Below, piece by piece: positions 24,692 through 33,825 of a stretch of 48,040 nucleotides of DNA. The DNA lies in NCBI GenBank assembly GCA_038881455.1, contig JAVZPT010000001.1, forward strand, positions 1 to 48,040, given 5' to 3'. The notes beneath the pieces were generated by a model, which ran no database searches, was not told the origin of the DNA, and saw only the letters and a list, made by a program, of their open reading frames with translations. Every line of letters begins with the position of its first letter. Positions within the stretch are counted from its first letter, which is position 1. Origin of the DNA: Candidatus Micrarchaeaceae archaeon. Its GTDB lineage: Archaea; Micrarchaeota; Micrarchaeia; Micrarchaeales; CABMGC01. The translations under genes and the position numbers were made by a program.

Positions 24692-25825
24692 TCAATAGCC
24701 GGCCGATTCCAGCTTGCCTATTGCAGGCAGCGAGCATACAGGCGCAGCATTATTTATGCTGCTGCACACCATTGCGACGTAAAGGTCGGCTGCCGCATAT
24801 TCTGTGTAAGCGAACTGGTCGTTAAAGTTAGCAAACTGCGCAAGAACCTGCGCGTGGGTCATGCTCGCCAAAGGCAGATTCGAACTGCTTGAAGGAGTGG
24901 AATTGCCGAAATCTATCGCATCTGCGCCGCCAACCTGGTATTCGCCCCAGATTGTGTATGGTGTGCCTGAAAATGCAGTGCTTGCGTTCTTTCCAAGGTC
25001 GTTTATTATGTACGAGAGCGCATCTATGTATGCAGTGTTGCCTGTTGCGTTCACGTTTGACTGAATTACTTGAATAGGGTTAAGAGCAAATCCTGCCGTT
25101 ATCGGGTTTTCATCGTCTATGGAAATGAAGTTTATGTACTTGCTCGAATAGAAGTTGCCAAGGTCGTCTTTGCCTGAAGAGTTGTAGCTTGCCGGCGCCC
25201 AGTAGAGCGTAGGCAGGTCTCCATCGCCAAAAGAGCTGTAGCCTTTATACAGTGCGCTAAAGTTGCCGAAACGCGAAAGTGCAAGAGCCATTGCCCACCT
25301 GTTCTCTCCGCAGAAAATGCAGGTTATTGAGCCAAGGTAAATTACGCTGGGCTTGCCGTTTACGATGAACATGGGTACTTTGTTATGGCTTGCGCCCACC
25401 TCGTTTTTGATTGAGCCGTTGAGCAGCATTTCTCCTGCTATTTCAAAATACGAATTTGGTGCGTTGTTTATTACTGCGAGTTCGCTGGCATTTAGCGGGC
25501 TGTTTATGTTAGTAAGCCTGCTGCCGAATGGTTGCTCCTGCGTTATAACCGGAGCGCCTGCCGGAGGCGACTGCGAAGGCGTTATAAGGCTGCTGCTTAT
25601 GTTGAAGGCCTTAAACTGGGCAGGTGGAATTGCAGAAGAACTGGAAGAACTGCTTGGCGAACTTGCCGATATAAAGGTTGCTGTGCTTGTTCTAAGTATG
25701 GCATATGCTGAAACAAGCAGTGCAGCTACGCTAATCGCAATGGCAAAATAAGCAAGCGTCTTTGTAACGCCAATCGATTCTGCAATTTCGTAGCGTGATT
25801 CGCGCTTCTCAGAATTCTCCGGCAT
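24692..25825 (-). CDS. DUF929-family thioredoxin-like protein, membrane-anchored and extracytoplasmic, with an intact CxxC
   Basis: It has an N-terminal TM helix and a Ser-rich linker (SSPSSSSSSSS). 'KPSVIYLGSITCIFCGENRWAMALALSRFGNF' matches the DUF929 core 'yiGa..CP.Ca.eRW.l..AL..FG.f'. The CIFC codons are at 25310-25321. Confidence 0.65.
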   Translation of the reverse strand: MPENSEKRESRYEIAESIGVTKTLAYFAIAISVAALLVSAYAILRTSTATFISASSPSSSSSSSAIPPAQFKAFNISSSLITPSQSPPAGAPVITQEQPFGSRLTNINSPLNASELAVINNAPNSYFEIAGEMLLNGSIKNEVGASHNKVPMFIVNGKPSVIYLGSITCIFCGENRWAMALALSRFGNFSALYKGYSSFGDGDLPTLYWAPASYNSSGKDDLGNFYSSKYINFISIDDENPITAGFALNPIQVIQSNVNATGNTAYIDALSYIINDLGKNASTAFSGTPYTIWGEYQVGGADAIDFGNSTPSSSSNLPLASMTHAQVLAQFANFNDQFAYTEYAAADLYVAMVCSSINNAAPVCSLPAIGKLESAGY

Positions 25826-25983
25826 GTAAGCACATATGTTATTTGCCTGCCAAAGTATAAAAGAGTATCGCGAAAAAGCGAAGTTACTAGTTGACCAGAG
25901 CCAAATCCTGGCAAAGACAAGTCACCTTCTGTGAAGATTGTTTTGGTGTTCGCCGCTTCTGCAGCAACAGCTTCTACCAGCGC

Positions 25984-26898
25984 TTACAGTTTCGCAAGCA
26001 AGAAGGCAAGCACAAAGCTCAAAACCGCGCTTGCGAACCATATAGAAAGTATTACATACGCAGGCTTTTTGCGCATGAGCCTGGCTTTGTATCCATAGCC
26101 CAAGCCATAAAGGCTTGCAGTAAACGTCTGGGTATTTGACAGAGGAACGCCAAACAGCGTAGCGATCTCGACCTCTACTGCAGACACAAGCTGAGAAATC
26201 GCAGCGTTTATATACCTGAGCGTCACTATCTCTTCTCCAATCCTCTTTAGTTCCCCGCGACTTATAAAAACGCTACCTACGATTACGGCGAGTATAGAAA
26301 CGGCAAGCCTGTAAGCAGCATAGGCAGGTATTGATGAGTATAGCAGGCCTATTGTGTTTGCGCCGAGTGTGAACGAAGTAAGAAAAGAAACCACAACAAG
26401 GGAAATCTTTATTGCATGAACCTTTCCCCATATGCTTCCCTTGTTCAGCATGCGCGTCAACAGCCTAAGTGGAACAGGCATCAACAGAAGAGAAGCAAGC
26501 GGGGCAGCTATCCAGAACGCGCCAATTAAGAACAAAAATTCCAGATTAACATGCGTGTTGAGCCCAAAGCCTATTCCGGCAAGCAAGCTCGTAAAAACTA
26601 TGGTAAGCGAAAGGGGCACCCTGAACCTGTCCGCAAGCAAGAACACGGCTATTGCAACAACAAAGATTTCCAGAAGGAGCCGGCTTGACGATATTGGCAT
26701 AACGGCTTCTATGCCCTTCTCGAGAAAAGAGCCCTGAAGGACGAGACCCGCTACAATGCCGAGTATCGCTATTAGTATTCCTGCGCGCTTGCTTGTTATG
26801 CCGCTGGAGATTATTGCGCCTGTGCACGCGGATAGGTTGTTTCCAGATACAAGGGCGATGAGCACAAACGCTAGCGCAAGGAGCAAGAACTGCAGCAA
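25984..26898 (-). CDS. PiT-family (PHO4) inorganic ion (phosphate/sulfate) transporter, divergent
   Basis: It is polytopic and 304 aa long. The N-terminal 'LVSGNNLSACTGAIISSG' and the later 'TLGANTIGLL' sit where PiT repeats carry GANDvAN. It is paired with a DUF47 gene, as in the conserved DUF47-PiT operon. Confidence 0.7.
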   Translation of the reverse strand: MLQFLLLALAFVLIALVSGNNLSACTGAIISSGITSKRAGILIAILGIVAGLVLQGSFLEKGIEAVMPISSSRLLLEIFVVAIAVFLLADRFRVPLSLTIVFTSLLAGIGFGLNTHVNLEFLFLIGAFWIAAPLASLLLMPVPLRLLTRMLNKGSIWGKVHAIKISLVVVSFLTSFTLGANTIGLLYSSIPAYAAYRLAVSILAVIVGSVFISRGELKRIGEEIVTLRYINAAISQLVSAVEVEIATLFGVPLSNTQTFTASLYGLGYGYKARLMRKKPAYVILSIWFASAVLSFVLAFLLAKL

Positions 26899-26902
26899 AC
26901 AA

Positions 26903-27532
26903 TCACGTCAGAATTGAGGTCAGTATTGTAAGGTACATGTCGGAAGAGTCCTCGCAGTTGTCTAGCACGTCATCGAGCAGGTGCGCAATCTCAAAAATGT
27001 GATAAAAGGTCTTGAAGCTTATTTTGGAGCTGTACGCAAAGTCGAAAAGCGAATCCTTTATCTCGTCGCCCGCCTCTTCGATGCGCTCTATCGAATGTCG
27101 TATCGCTTTTATCTCGCCAATGCTGTCGCTCTCTTGCATCTTATGAAGAAGGGCAAGCGCCTGGTTCGCAAAGCCGTTCATTTTTGAAAAGGCTGCTTCA
27201 AGCTCGCTGCGCGCCCTGCTCTCCTTTATTGAATACCTTGTAAGCTCCCTGGCGAGGTTGTATATAGAATCTATTATGCTGTCTTCCAAGTCTGCCAGCT
27301 GAAGCAGATCATCGATAAGGTTAGGCGCAACGCCGCCCGTGGTTACCATGTTAGATATTGTAAAAACTATCTCGTCAGAGTTCTTTTCTATTGCGCGCAC
27401 TTTTGAAAGGTCTTTAGTGCGTTGCACCAGCACAACTTCTCTGTTGGCCTTTATTGCCAAATCTATTATCGTGTTGTATCTGCGCAACACGCCCTCTTCG
27501 CCGCCTTGGAAAAACTCCTTTAGAAATTGCAT
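26903..27532 (-). CDS. DUF47 (PhoU-like) phosphate-transport accessory/regulator protein
   Basis: This is a helical-bundle protein of 209 aa directly upstream of the PiT gene (4-nt gap). The 'AIEKNSDEI' and 'EEAGDEIKDSL' pairs resemble the repeated E..aD motifs of the PhoU/DUF47 family. Confidence 0.75.
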   Translation of the reverse strand: MQFLKEFFQGGEEGVLRRYNTIIDLAIKANREVVLVQRTKDLSKVRAIEKNSDEIVFTISNMVTTGGVAPNLIDDLLQLADLEDSIIDSIYNLARELTRYSIKESRARSELEAAFSKMNGFANQALALLHKMQESDSIGEIKAIRHSIERIEEAGDEIKDSLFDFAYSSKISFKTFYHIFEIAHLLDDVLDNCEDSSDMYLTILTSILT

Positions 27533-27553
27533 ACAAACAGAACAATATAGTAG

Positions 27554-28222
27554 CTAGGCATATAAATGCTTTTTGAAATTGCAAATGTTGCGCAACGGGC
27601 AAGCGCCGCACAGCGGCTCTTTCCTGCAGAAGTTTTTGGCTAGCTCTACGAACTGCGCATGAAAGTCTTTGTAAAGCCCAACGTCTTCTGGTATGCGCCT
27701 TGCAATGAATTTCTGAAGCATGTCATAGTCGCTCATATCTACGCCAAACAGTCTCCTCATTACGCGTTTCGTATATGCATCCACTACGAAAAACGGCATG
27801 CTGCCTGCATAAAGCAGCATAGAGTCTGCAGTTTCTTTGCCTATTCCTTTTATGCCGAGCAGCGACTGCCTTGCATCGGCGCTCTGCTTTACGAACTTCT
27901 TGAAAGAGCCATACGCAGCGATGGTGCGCGCAAAAAGCTTGAGCCTTTGCGCCTTCTGCCTGTAGAAGCCGCTGGAGCGTATCGCTCTCTCTATAGAGCG
28001 CGCGTTTGCCCTTGACAAGGATTTTATGCTCAGCATGCGCCTGCGCCTGAGCTCTGCTATCGCCTTTTCGACGTTCTTCCAGCTGGTGTTTTGCGTAAGT
28101 ATTGCGCCTATCAGCATCTCGTCATCGGTGCTTGCCGGCCACCAGTTTAGAAATCCGAAATGAGCACGCAACAGGGAATAAGCCCTAAGCAGGTTTTTGC
28201 CAGTAGGCTTTATGTAAAGCAC
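27554..28222 (-). CDS. Endonuclease III-related HhH-GPD protein with a [4Fe-4S] cluster loop (COG2231-like)
   Basis: 'ILTQNTSWKNVEKA' is present, with the HhH 'LLGIKGIGKETADSMLLYA' and the Asp in 'VVDAYTKRV'. The cluster motif is 'CRKEPLCGACPLRNIC' (C-x6-C-x2-C-x5-C). Confidence 0.8.
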   Translation of the reverse strand: MLYIKPTGKNLLRAYSLLRAHFGFLNWWPASTDDEMLIGAILTQNTSWKNVEKAIAELRRRRMLSIKSLSRANARSIERAIRSSGFYRQKAQRLKLFARTIAAYGSFKKFVKQSADARQSLLGIKGIGKETADSMLLYAGSMPFFVVDAYTKRVMRRLFGVDMSDYDMLQKFIARRIPEDVGLYKDFHAQFVELAKNFCRKEPLCGACPLRNICNFKKHLYA

Positions 28223-28271
28223 CCTAACCAGAACCGCAGCCCGCGCGGGCTGTTGGCGTTGACAGTACTCG

Positions 28272-28739
28272 CTACACCTTGAGCTCGCCCGCTTCTATTT
28301 TCTTAAGCGCGGTCTTTGCATCGATGCCCTCAACAGTAACGTTCATACTCTTGCACGTGCCTATTATCTGCTTGATCTTCTCCGTATCAGAACGGCCGTA
28401 AAGCACGCCAGACTTTATTGACACTATTTTCCTTATTTGCTCCAGGCTGATGTTTCCTGTCACTTCTTCTTTTGCCTTGGCGCCTTTCTGCGCCCCGAGC
28501 TCCTTAAGTATCAAGGCGCTAGTGGGCGGCATGCCTACTTCTATTCTGTATTCTTTTGTATCTGAATTTACAAACACTTTTACAGGAACCTTTATGCCTG
28601 CAAACTCCTTTGTTTTCTCGTTTATTTCTGCAATTATCTTGCCTATGTTGACGCCCAGCGGGCCCAATGCCGGGCCGAAAGGCGGGCCTGTCGTCGCTTT
28701 GCCACCCTCTATTAGACCGTTTATCGTAGTTTCCGCCAT
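28272..28739 (-). CDS. rpl11: 50S ribosomal protein L11
   Basis: 'GGKATTGPPFGPALGPLGVNI' is the canonical L11 N-terminal motif. It lies 1 nt downstream of spt5. Confidence 0.95.
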   Translation of the reverse strand: MAETTINGLIEGGKATTGPPFGPALGPLGVNIGKIIAEINEKTKEFAGIKVPVKVFVNSDTKEYRIEVGMPPTSALILKELGAQKGAKAKEEVTGNISLEQIRKIVSIKSGVLYGRSDTEKIKQIIGTCKSMNVTVEGIDAKTALKKIEAGELKV

Positions 28740-28740
28740 T

Positions 28741-29193
28741 TCAACCTCCTGCCTTGTTTGCCTTTTCTATTATTTTCGCGGCGCCTGCTTTTGTTGTTAC
28801 GGGTATCGGCACCGCAACATCCATAAGCTCTACTGTTATTTCTTCTTTGCCTTTCTCCGACTTAATAACCTTTGCCTTGTAGCCCTTGAATGGCCCTGAA
28901 ACAAACTCCACTATGTCGCCGCTTGCTATTTCCTGCATTACGCTCTTTGTTGTTATAATTCTGTTTAGCTCCTGCTCGCTGAGCGGGCTTGAGAGTGCGC
29001 CTTTCATGTGCGGTTCGTCTTGGATCAGGTCCCTTATTGCGTTAAGGTCCTGCGCCTCTACGATAAGATAGCCTCGCATGCCTTCTGACAAGACTATTGC
29101 ATAAACTGGCAGGCTTGTCTTTTCCACCTTGTTCTGCAGTATGTCTGCCGATATGCGTTCCTGGCTTGAGGTTACCCTTACTACGAAATACAT
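28741..29193 (-). CDS. spt5: Transcription elongation factor Spt5 (archaeal NusG)
   Basis: The NGN domain begins 'MYFVVRVTSSQE' and the KOW motif is 'GDIVEFVSGPFKGYKAKVIK'. I use ATG 29193. The track start at 29232 would leave no room for the AT-rich promoter at 29233-29268. Confidence 0.9.
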   Translation of the reverse strand: MYFVVRVTSSQERISADILQNKVEKTSLPVYAIVLSEGMRGYLIVEAQDLNAIRDLIQDEPHMKGALSSPLSEQELNRIITTKSVMQEIASGDIVEFVSGPFKGYKAKVIKSEKGKEEITVELMDVAVPIPVTTKAGAAKIIEKANKAGG

Positions 29194-29268
29194 AATACCG
29201 CCAGTTGTTGCGTTTAGCGCATCTGTTTGCACTCTTATTTTTAATGGTGCATTATTTAATATTGTTGT

Positions 29269-30309
29269 ATGCTAGGCATAAAAGTGAAAAAGGAACGCGC
29301 TGAAGCGCTTAGAAGATATCTAAGGCAAAGGAATTTGCTGAATCTTGATTACAAAATATTTAGCAAGGGCAATTTTATATATGTTCCTATAACTGGTGTG
29401 GACAATGCCGCAGCAAAGGCTTTGAAAACCTTTGGTGCAAGTAGCACATATCAAAGGTTTGAGCCGCAGAAGAGAAGAGAGGGAAAGAAGATAAGGGCTG
29501 TTTTTGATGCTGCTCGTTATGGCGCATTGGCATACGATGTGCTTGGCAACATCGCAATAATAAACGAAAGCAAGCACGCAAGGGCGCTTGCAAAGGCGAT
29601 TATAGAATCAAACCCAAGGATAAGCACTGTGCTTATGAAGAAAGGTGCGGTGAAAGGCAAGTACAGAAAGCGCAGATACGCATACGTGCTTGGGAAAAAA
29701 AGCTACACAGCATGCTACAGGGAAAACGGCTGCGTCTTTTCGTTCGATATAAGGAAAGCATTCTTCTCGCCAAGACTTGCCTACGAGCGAAAGCGGATAA
29801 CAGAACAGGTTAAAGAAGGCGAGCGTGTGCTTGTAATGTTTGCCGGTGTTGGTCCTTTTGCAATAGAAATTGCAAAGCACAAAAAGGCAGAGGTCGCAGC
29901 AATAGAGTTGAATGCGTATGCATACAAGAGCATGATAAAAAACGCCGAACTGAACAATGTCAAAATAAAGGCAGTGTGCGGAGATGTAAGGAAAGAGGCA
30001 AAACGGTTTTCAGGATGGGCTGACAGGATAGTAATGCCGCTTCCAAAAAGCAGCTACGACTTCCTTGGGCAGGCGCTTGAGGCAGCCAAAAGAAGGTGCG
30101 TTGTGCATTATTACGCTTTTGGCAAAGGCAACAGCGCATACAACTACAGCAAGAAGCGCATAGCATCCTTCTTAAACGCGCATGGCGCAAAGGCAAACTT
30201 TATGTTCGAGAGGGCAGTAAGACCGTACTCGCCCAGCGAGATCGAAATAGTAATAGACTTTGAAATCGAAAAGAAACAGGCACGCACAGCTAAAAATCAG
30301 CATGCTTAA
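29269..30309 (+). CDS. trm5: tRNA (guanine37-N1)-methyltransferase Trm5 family (Met-10+ like, class I SAM methyltransferase)
   Basis: Motifs are 'YDVLGNIAIINE', 'FDIRKAFFSPRLAYERKRI', the SAM-binding 'VLVMFAGVGPFAIEIAK' and 'RIVMPLPKSS'. Confidence 0.85.
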   Translation: MLGIKVKKERAEALRRYLRQRNLLNLDYKIFSKGNFIYVPITGVDNAAAKALKTFGASSTYQRFEPQKRREGKKIRAVFDAARYGALAYDVLGNIAIINESKHARALAKAIIESNPRISTVLMKKGAVKGKYRKRRYAYVLGKKSYTACYRENGCVFSFDIRKAFFSPRLAYERKRITEQVKEGERVLVMFAGVGPFAIEIAKHKKAEVAAIELNAYAYKSMIKNAELNNVKIKAVCGDVRKEAKRFSGWADRIVMPLPKSSYDFLGQALEAAKRRCVVHYYAFGKGNSAYNYSKKRIASFLNAHGAKANFMFERAVRPYSPSEIEIVIDFEIEKKQARTAKNQHA

Positions 30310-30350
30310 TTTATTTTGGCTATGCATATGCATAATTGCTCTGTGAAGCC

Positions 30351-30357
30351 AGGAGGT
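30351..30357 (+). promoter_or_regulatory. Shine-Dalgarno-like AGGAGGT before the pilin-like gene
   Basis: AGGAGGT ends 3 nt before ATG 30361. The gene follows trm5 closely, so internal SD-dependent initiation is plausible. Confidence 0.4.
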
Positions 30358-30360
30358 ACA

Positions 30361-31107
30361 ATGCGAATCCAGTCGGCAGTAGAGTTCCTTACCACATATG
30401 GCTGGTCTTTCATAATAATAGCGATATTTGTAAGCGTAATACTGATTTTTGTATCGTCAAAAGGAATAAGCACTTATGCGCCTTCTTCGTGCTATATCTC
30501 TCCTGCGTTTCTGTGCCAGGATTTCCTGCTTATGGAAAATGCGTCTGGACTTAAAGGCGTAGTTGTGTTTAGCAACTACATTAACACGAACATGAGCTTT
30601 ACCACAAATTCTTTCAGCGTGTTCCCTTATTACAACACGACGGCTTTTACTGGAACGTGCGCGCCTCAATCGGCGAGGCCGTATTCTCTGATAGTTTGCA
30701 ACACAACTTTAAAAGGGCTTTACAGAAGCGTTGGCTCTCAGTCAAATATAAATTTTGAAATATATTACAATCTTTGCGCTAGCGGGAAATGCACGCTGTA
30801 CAACGTTAGCGGCACTGCAACCGTTACAGTATCGCCGCAAAGGCCCGTCTTTGAGCGAGTGACCCTCGAAACAAGCCCGAGTAACGCCGGAAAGGTTTTG
30901 GTTGATGGCATACCTTACGCTAACGGCTCTTCGATAACGACGCTTTATACTGTAACTTATTCGTTGTTTGCGCAGCCTAACGGCGCTTACGCATTCGGTT
31001 CGTGGAGCGCCTCTGGAAACGTGCTTCTGGCAAGCTCATCATCACAAAGCACTACCTTTTCTTCCACAGGCAACGGCACAATAATTGCAACGTTTGCGCC
31101 AACGTAA
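30361..31107 (+). CDS. Pilin-like protein with a class III (type IV pilin-type) signal peptide and a C-terminal beta-rich repeat domain
   Basis: 'MRIQSAVEFLTTYGWSFIIIAIFVSVILIFV' fits the archaeal prepilin pattern (short N-region, Q, E at +5, hydrophobic helix). The C-terminal 'GKVLVDGIPYANGS...YSLFAQPNGAYAFGSWSASGN' resembles InlB-B/Listeria-Bacteroides repeat domains. The track ORF starts at TTG 30316, with other ATGs at 30322 and 30328. Confidence 0.6.
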   Translation: MRIQSAVEFLTTYGWSFIIIAIFVSVILIFVSSKGISTYAPSSCYISPAFLCQDFLLMENASGLKGVVVFSNYINTNMSFTTNSFSVFPYYNTTAFTGTCAPQSARPYSLIVCNTTLKGLYRSVGSQSNINFEIYYNLCASGKCTLYNVSGTATVTVSPQRPVFERVTLETSPSNAGKVLVDGIPYANGSSITTLYTVTYSLFAQPNGAYAFGSWSASGNVLLASSSSQSTTFSSTGNGTIIATFAPT

Positions 31108-31297
31108 CAGCCCCTACCAACCTAAGGTTTGGAGCTTCCGAGTCTGTGCTATTCTTGCGCGGCTTGCTATGCGACCTAATTGCTTGTCAGTTTTAGAATC
31201 GCGTCTATAGAACCGGTTAGAACTCAATGGCGTGTATATTTCATGCTTTCTTTTCGAGCAAGTCGATAAACGCGTTTAGGCCGCACCTTGTATTTGC

Positions 31298-33808
31298 ATG
31301 CGTACTTCGTTGTATAAACATTTAATAAGTTTCACTTTATTACATAGGCACGGTGGTGTAGTGACCGAAAACACAGGGCAGGACGCTTTTTACGAAGAAG
31401 TAAACAAAAAGGCTCCGGCTGTTTTGCCTGAGGAAACGTTGGACTTTTTTTATGGCGACGAAATACGCGCAAGGGTATTTTATGAAAAATATGCGCTAAA
31501 AGATGCCTCAGGTAATGCGCTCGAGAAAACGCCAGTAGAGATGTGGCAACGCATAGCAAAGGCCATATCGAGCGTGGAGAAAGACGAACAGGCCAAGAAA
31601 AACGCCTTTGAAGAATTTATGTGGCTTCTATCAGATTTCCGCTTTGTACCAGGCGGCAGAATAATGTTTGGCGCTGGCCAAACCAAAAGAAAGGTAACGC
31701 TGATAAACTGCTACGTAATAGCGGTAAAGGAAGACTCAATAGAAGGCATATTCAACTGGTGCAAAGAAGCAGCAAAAACATATTCTTACGGAGGAGGAGT
31801 TGGCACAGACATAAGCGTGCTCAGGCCAAAAGGTTCTCCCGTACACAACGCTGCACTTTTTTCTACAGGCTCGGTCTCATTCATGGAGATTATGAGCGAG
31901 ACCACGCACACGATAGGACAAGAAGGCAGGCGTGGCGCACTCATGATCACAATACGAGTAGACCACCCAGACATACTAGACTTTATACACGTAAAGCAGA
32001 ACCTTGACAAGGTGCGCTATGCAAATATAAGCGTGCGCGTAACCGACGAGTTCATGCATGCCGTAGAAAATGACGGAACAATAACATTATGGTTTGAGAA
32101 TAAAGATGTTGGAAGAATAGAGACAAAGGCGAAGGCCCGCCAGATATGGAACGAACTTACACGGGCAGCATGGGAATGGGCAGAGCCAGGGGTAATGTTC
32201 TGGGACAACATAACGAGAGAGTCGCCAACCGAATACAACGGAATGAACGTAATTACTACGAACCCGTGCGCTGAGCAGCCGCTGCAAAACTATGGCGCGT
32301 GCGATCTTGGCAACATAAACCTTTCTGCGTTTGTTGTAGACCCGTTCACGCCGAATGCCAAAATAGACAACGAAGCACTGAAAAAAGCAGTGCACTCTGG
32401 GGTACATTTCCTAGACAACGTGCTTGACTACAACATGGAGAGGCACCCGCTTGAAGCGCAGATAGATGCTGCAAGAAGTTCAAGGCGCATAGGGCTTGGC
32501 TTCACTGGCTTGGCTGACATGTTCGCAAAACTGCAGATAAAGTATGATTCAGAAGAAGCCTTGGGCTTTGCTGACAAGTTGTTCGACCAAATAAAGAATT
32601 GGGCTTATGAAGCAAGCGCAGAACTTGCAAAGGAAAAGGGCGCGTTTCCTCTATTCGACAAAGAAAAGCACCTTTCAAGGCCATTCGTACAAAGGCTAAG
32701 CCAAAGCGTAAAGGAGAAGATAGCAGCATACGGAATGAGGAATTCGGCTGTGCTTACCGCTCCGCCTGTTGGCAGTGGCGCAGTCTTGTCAGGCACAAGC
32801 AGCGGGATAGAGCCGATATTTGCATTCTCATACACGCGCAGGTCTGAATCGCTAAGCAAGGGAGAATTCAAGGTATACCATCCTTTGGTAAAGCAGTACA
32901 TGGACCTAAAAGGCATCGATGACGAGAGCAAACTGCCAGAGTATTTCACTGTAGCATACAAGATAGACCCAATGTTCAGGGTTAGGATGCAAGGCACCAT
33001 ACAGAAGCACATAGACAGTGGCATATCGTCCACAGTAAACCTTCCCAGGTCTGCGACAGCGGAAGAAGTAGGCAGAATATACATGGAAGCGTGGAAAGCA
33101 GGCTGCAAGAGCATAACAGTTTACAGGGAAGGCTCAAGGCAAGACATACTAAAGGCTGAAAGCGAAAGTGAAAGCGAAAGCGAAAATACGAGCGCAGTGC
33201 AAGGCAAGGACGATGCGAATGCGCAGGCAGGGACGGAATGGCAAAGGCCAGAAACAATGATGGGCAGAACAATAAAGCTAATGCTGCCACAGGGCTCATT
33301 ATACGTCACAGTCAACTTCGATGGCAACAAAGTAAGAGAGGTATTTGTAAATATGGGAAGGGCAGGCAGCCAGGAAAAAAGCTATTCCGAGGCGCTTGGC
33401 AGGCTAATTAGCAGGTATCTGCAGGAAGGCGGGGACATAAAGAAAGTGATAAATAGCCTCAAAGGCATACGCGCAAACGATTCTATAACATGGTACAGGG
33501 GCCTAAAGCTCTACAGCGTCCCAGACGCAATAGCAAAGGCGTTGGAAGTTGCCATCGGCACTTCGGGCATAATAGCAAGCCCTCTTTACAGCTTGCAAGG
33601 CGACGGCAAGCAGTTGCAAGTCGCAGCAGAAAAAGGAGAAAAGCAAACAGCAAATGGCAGTGAGCGCGCTGCTGTGATTGAAGAGGCGCTGCAAACTGGA
33701 AGCAAGGAAGTAAGAGCAGAGACATGCCCAACGTGCAGCGAGCGCACGCTAGTTTATGAGAATGGCTGCTACATCTGCAAGAACTGCGGCTATACCAAAT
33801 GCGATTAG
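31298..33808 (+). CDS. nrdJ: Adenosylcobalamin-dependent (class II) ribonucleotide reductase
   Basis: The active-site block is 'TTNPCAEQPLQNYGACDLGNINLS'. 'SSTVNLP' is present, and the C-terminal zinc ribbon is 'CPTCSERTLVYENGCYICKNCGYTKC'. The start is uncertain. A TATA-like TGTATAAACATTTAATAAG at about 31310-31328 lies inside the track ORF. That favours GTG 31361 (MTENTGQ...), which is preceded by GGTGGTG. Confidence 0.9.
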   Translation: MRTSLYKHLISFTLLHRHGGVVTENTGQDAFYEEVNKKAPAVLPEETLDFFYGDEIRARVFYEKYALKDASGNALEKTPVEMWQRIAKAISSVEKDEQAKKNAFEEFMWLLSDFRFVPGGRIMFGAGQTKRKVTLINCYVIAVKEDSIEGIFNWCKEAAKTYSYGGGVGTDISVLRPKGSPVHNAALFSTGSVSFMEIMSETTHTIGQEGRRGALMITIRVDHPDILDFIHVKQNLDKVRYANISVRVTDEFMHAVENDGTITLWFENKDVGRIETKAKARQIWNELTRAAWEWAEPGVMFWDNITRESPTEYNGMNVITTNPCAEQPLQNYGACDLGNINLSAFVVDPFTPNAKIDNEALKKAVHSGVHFLDNVLDYNMERHPLEAQIDAARSSRRIGLGFTGLADMFAKLQIKYDSEEALGFADKLFDQIKNWAYEASAELAKEKGAFPLFDKEKHLSRPFVQRLSQSVKEKIAAYGMRNSAVLTAPPVGSGAVLSGTSSGIEPIFAFSYTRRSESLSKGEFKVYHPLVKQYMDLKGIDDESKLPEYFTVAYKIDPMFRVRMQGTIQKHIDSGISSTVNLPRSATAEEVGRIYMEAWKAGCKSITVYREGSRQDILKAESESESESENTSAVQGKDDANAQAGTEWQRPETMMGRTIKLMLPQGSLYVTVNFDGNKVREVFVNMGRAGSQEKSYSEALGRLISRYLQEGGDIKKVINSLKGIRANDSITWYRGLKLYSVPDAIAKALEVAIGTSGIIASPLYSLQGDGKQLQVAAEKGEKQTANGSERAAVIEEALQTGSKEVRAETCPTCSERTLVYENGCYICKNCGYTKCD

Positions 33809-33825
33809 CAGCAGAAAGCCGCGCG

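Noticed and set aside
31108-31360. A possible cobalamin riboswitch upstream of the B12-dependent nrdJ
   Set aside because: I saw no B12-box-like conserved core or multi-stem junction in the 190-nt spacer. Such riboswitches are not established in archaea. The region is more simply a promoter (TATA-like element at about 31310-31328).
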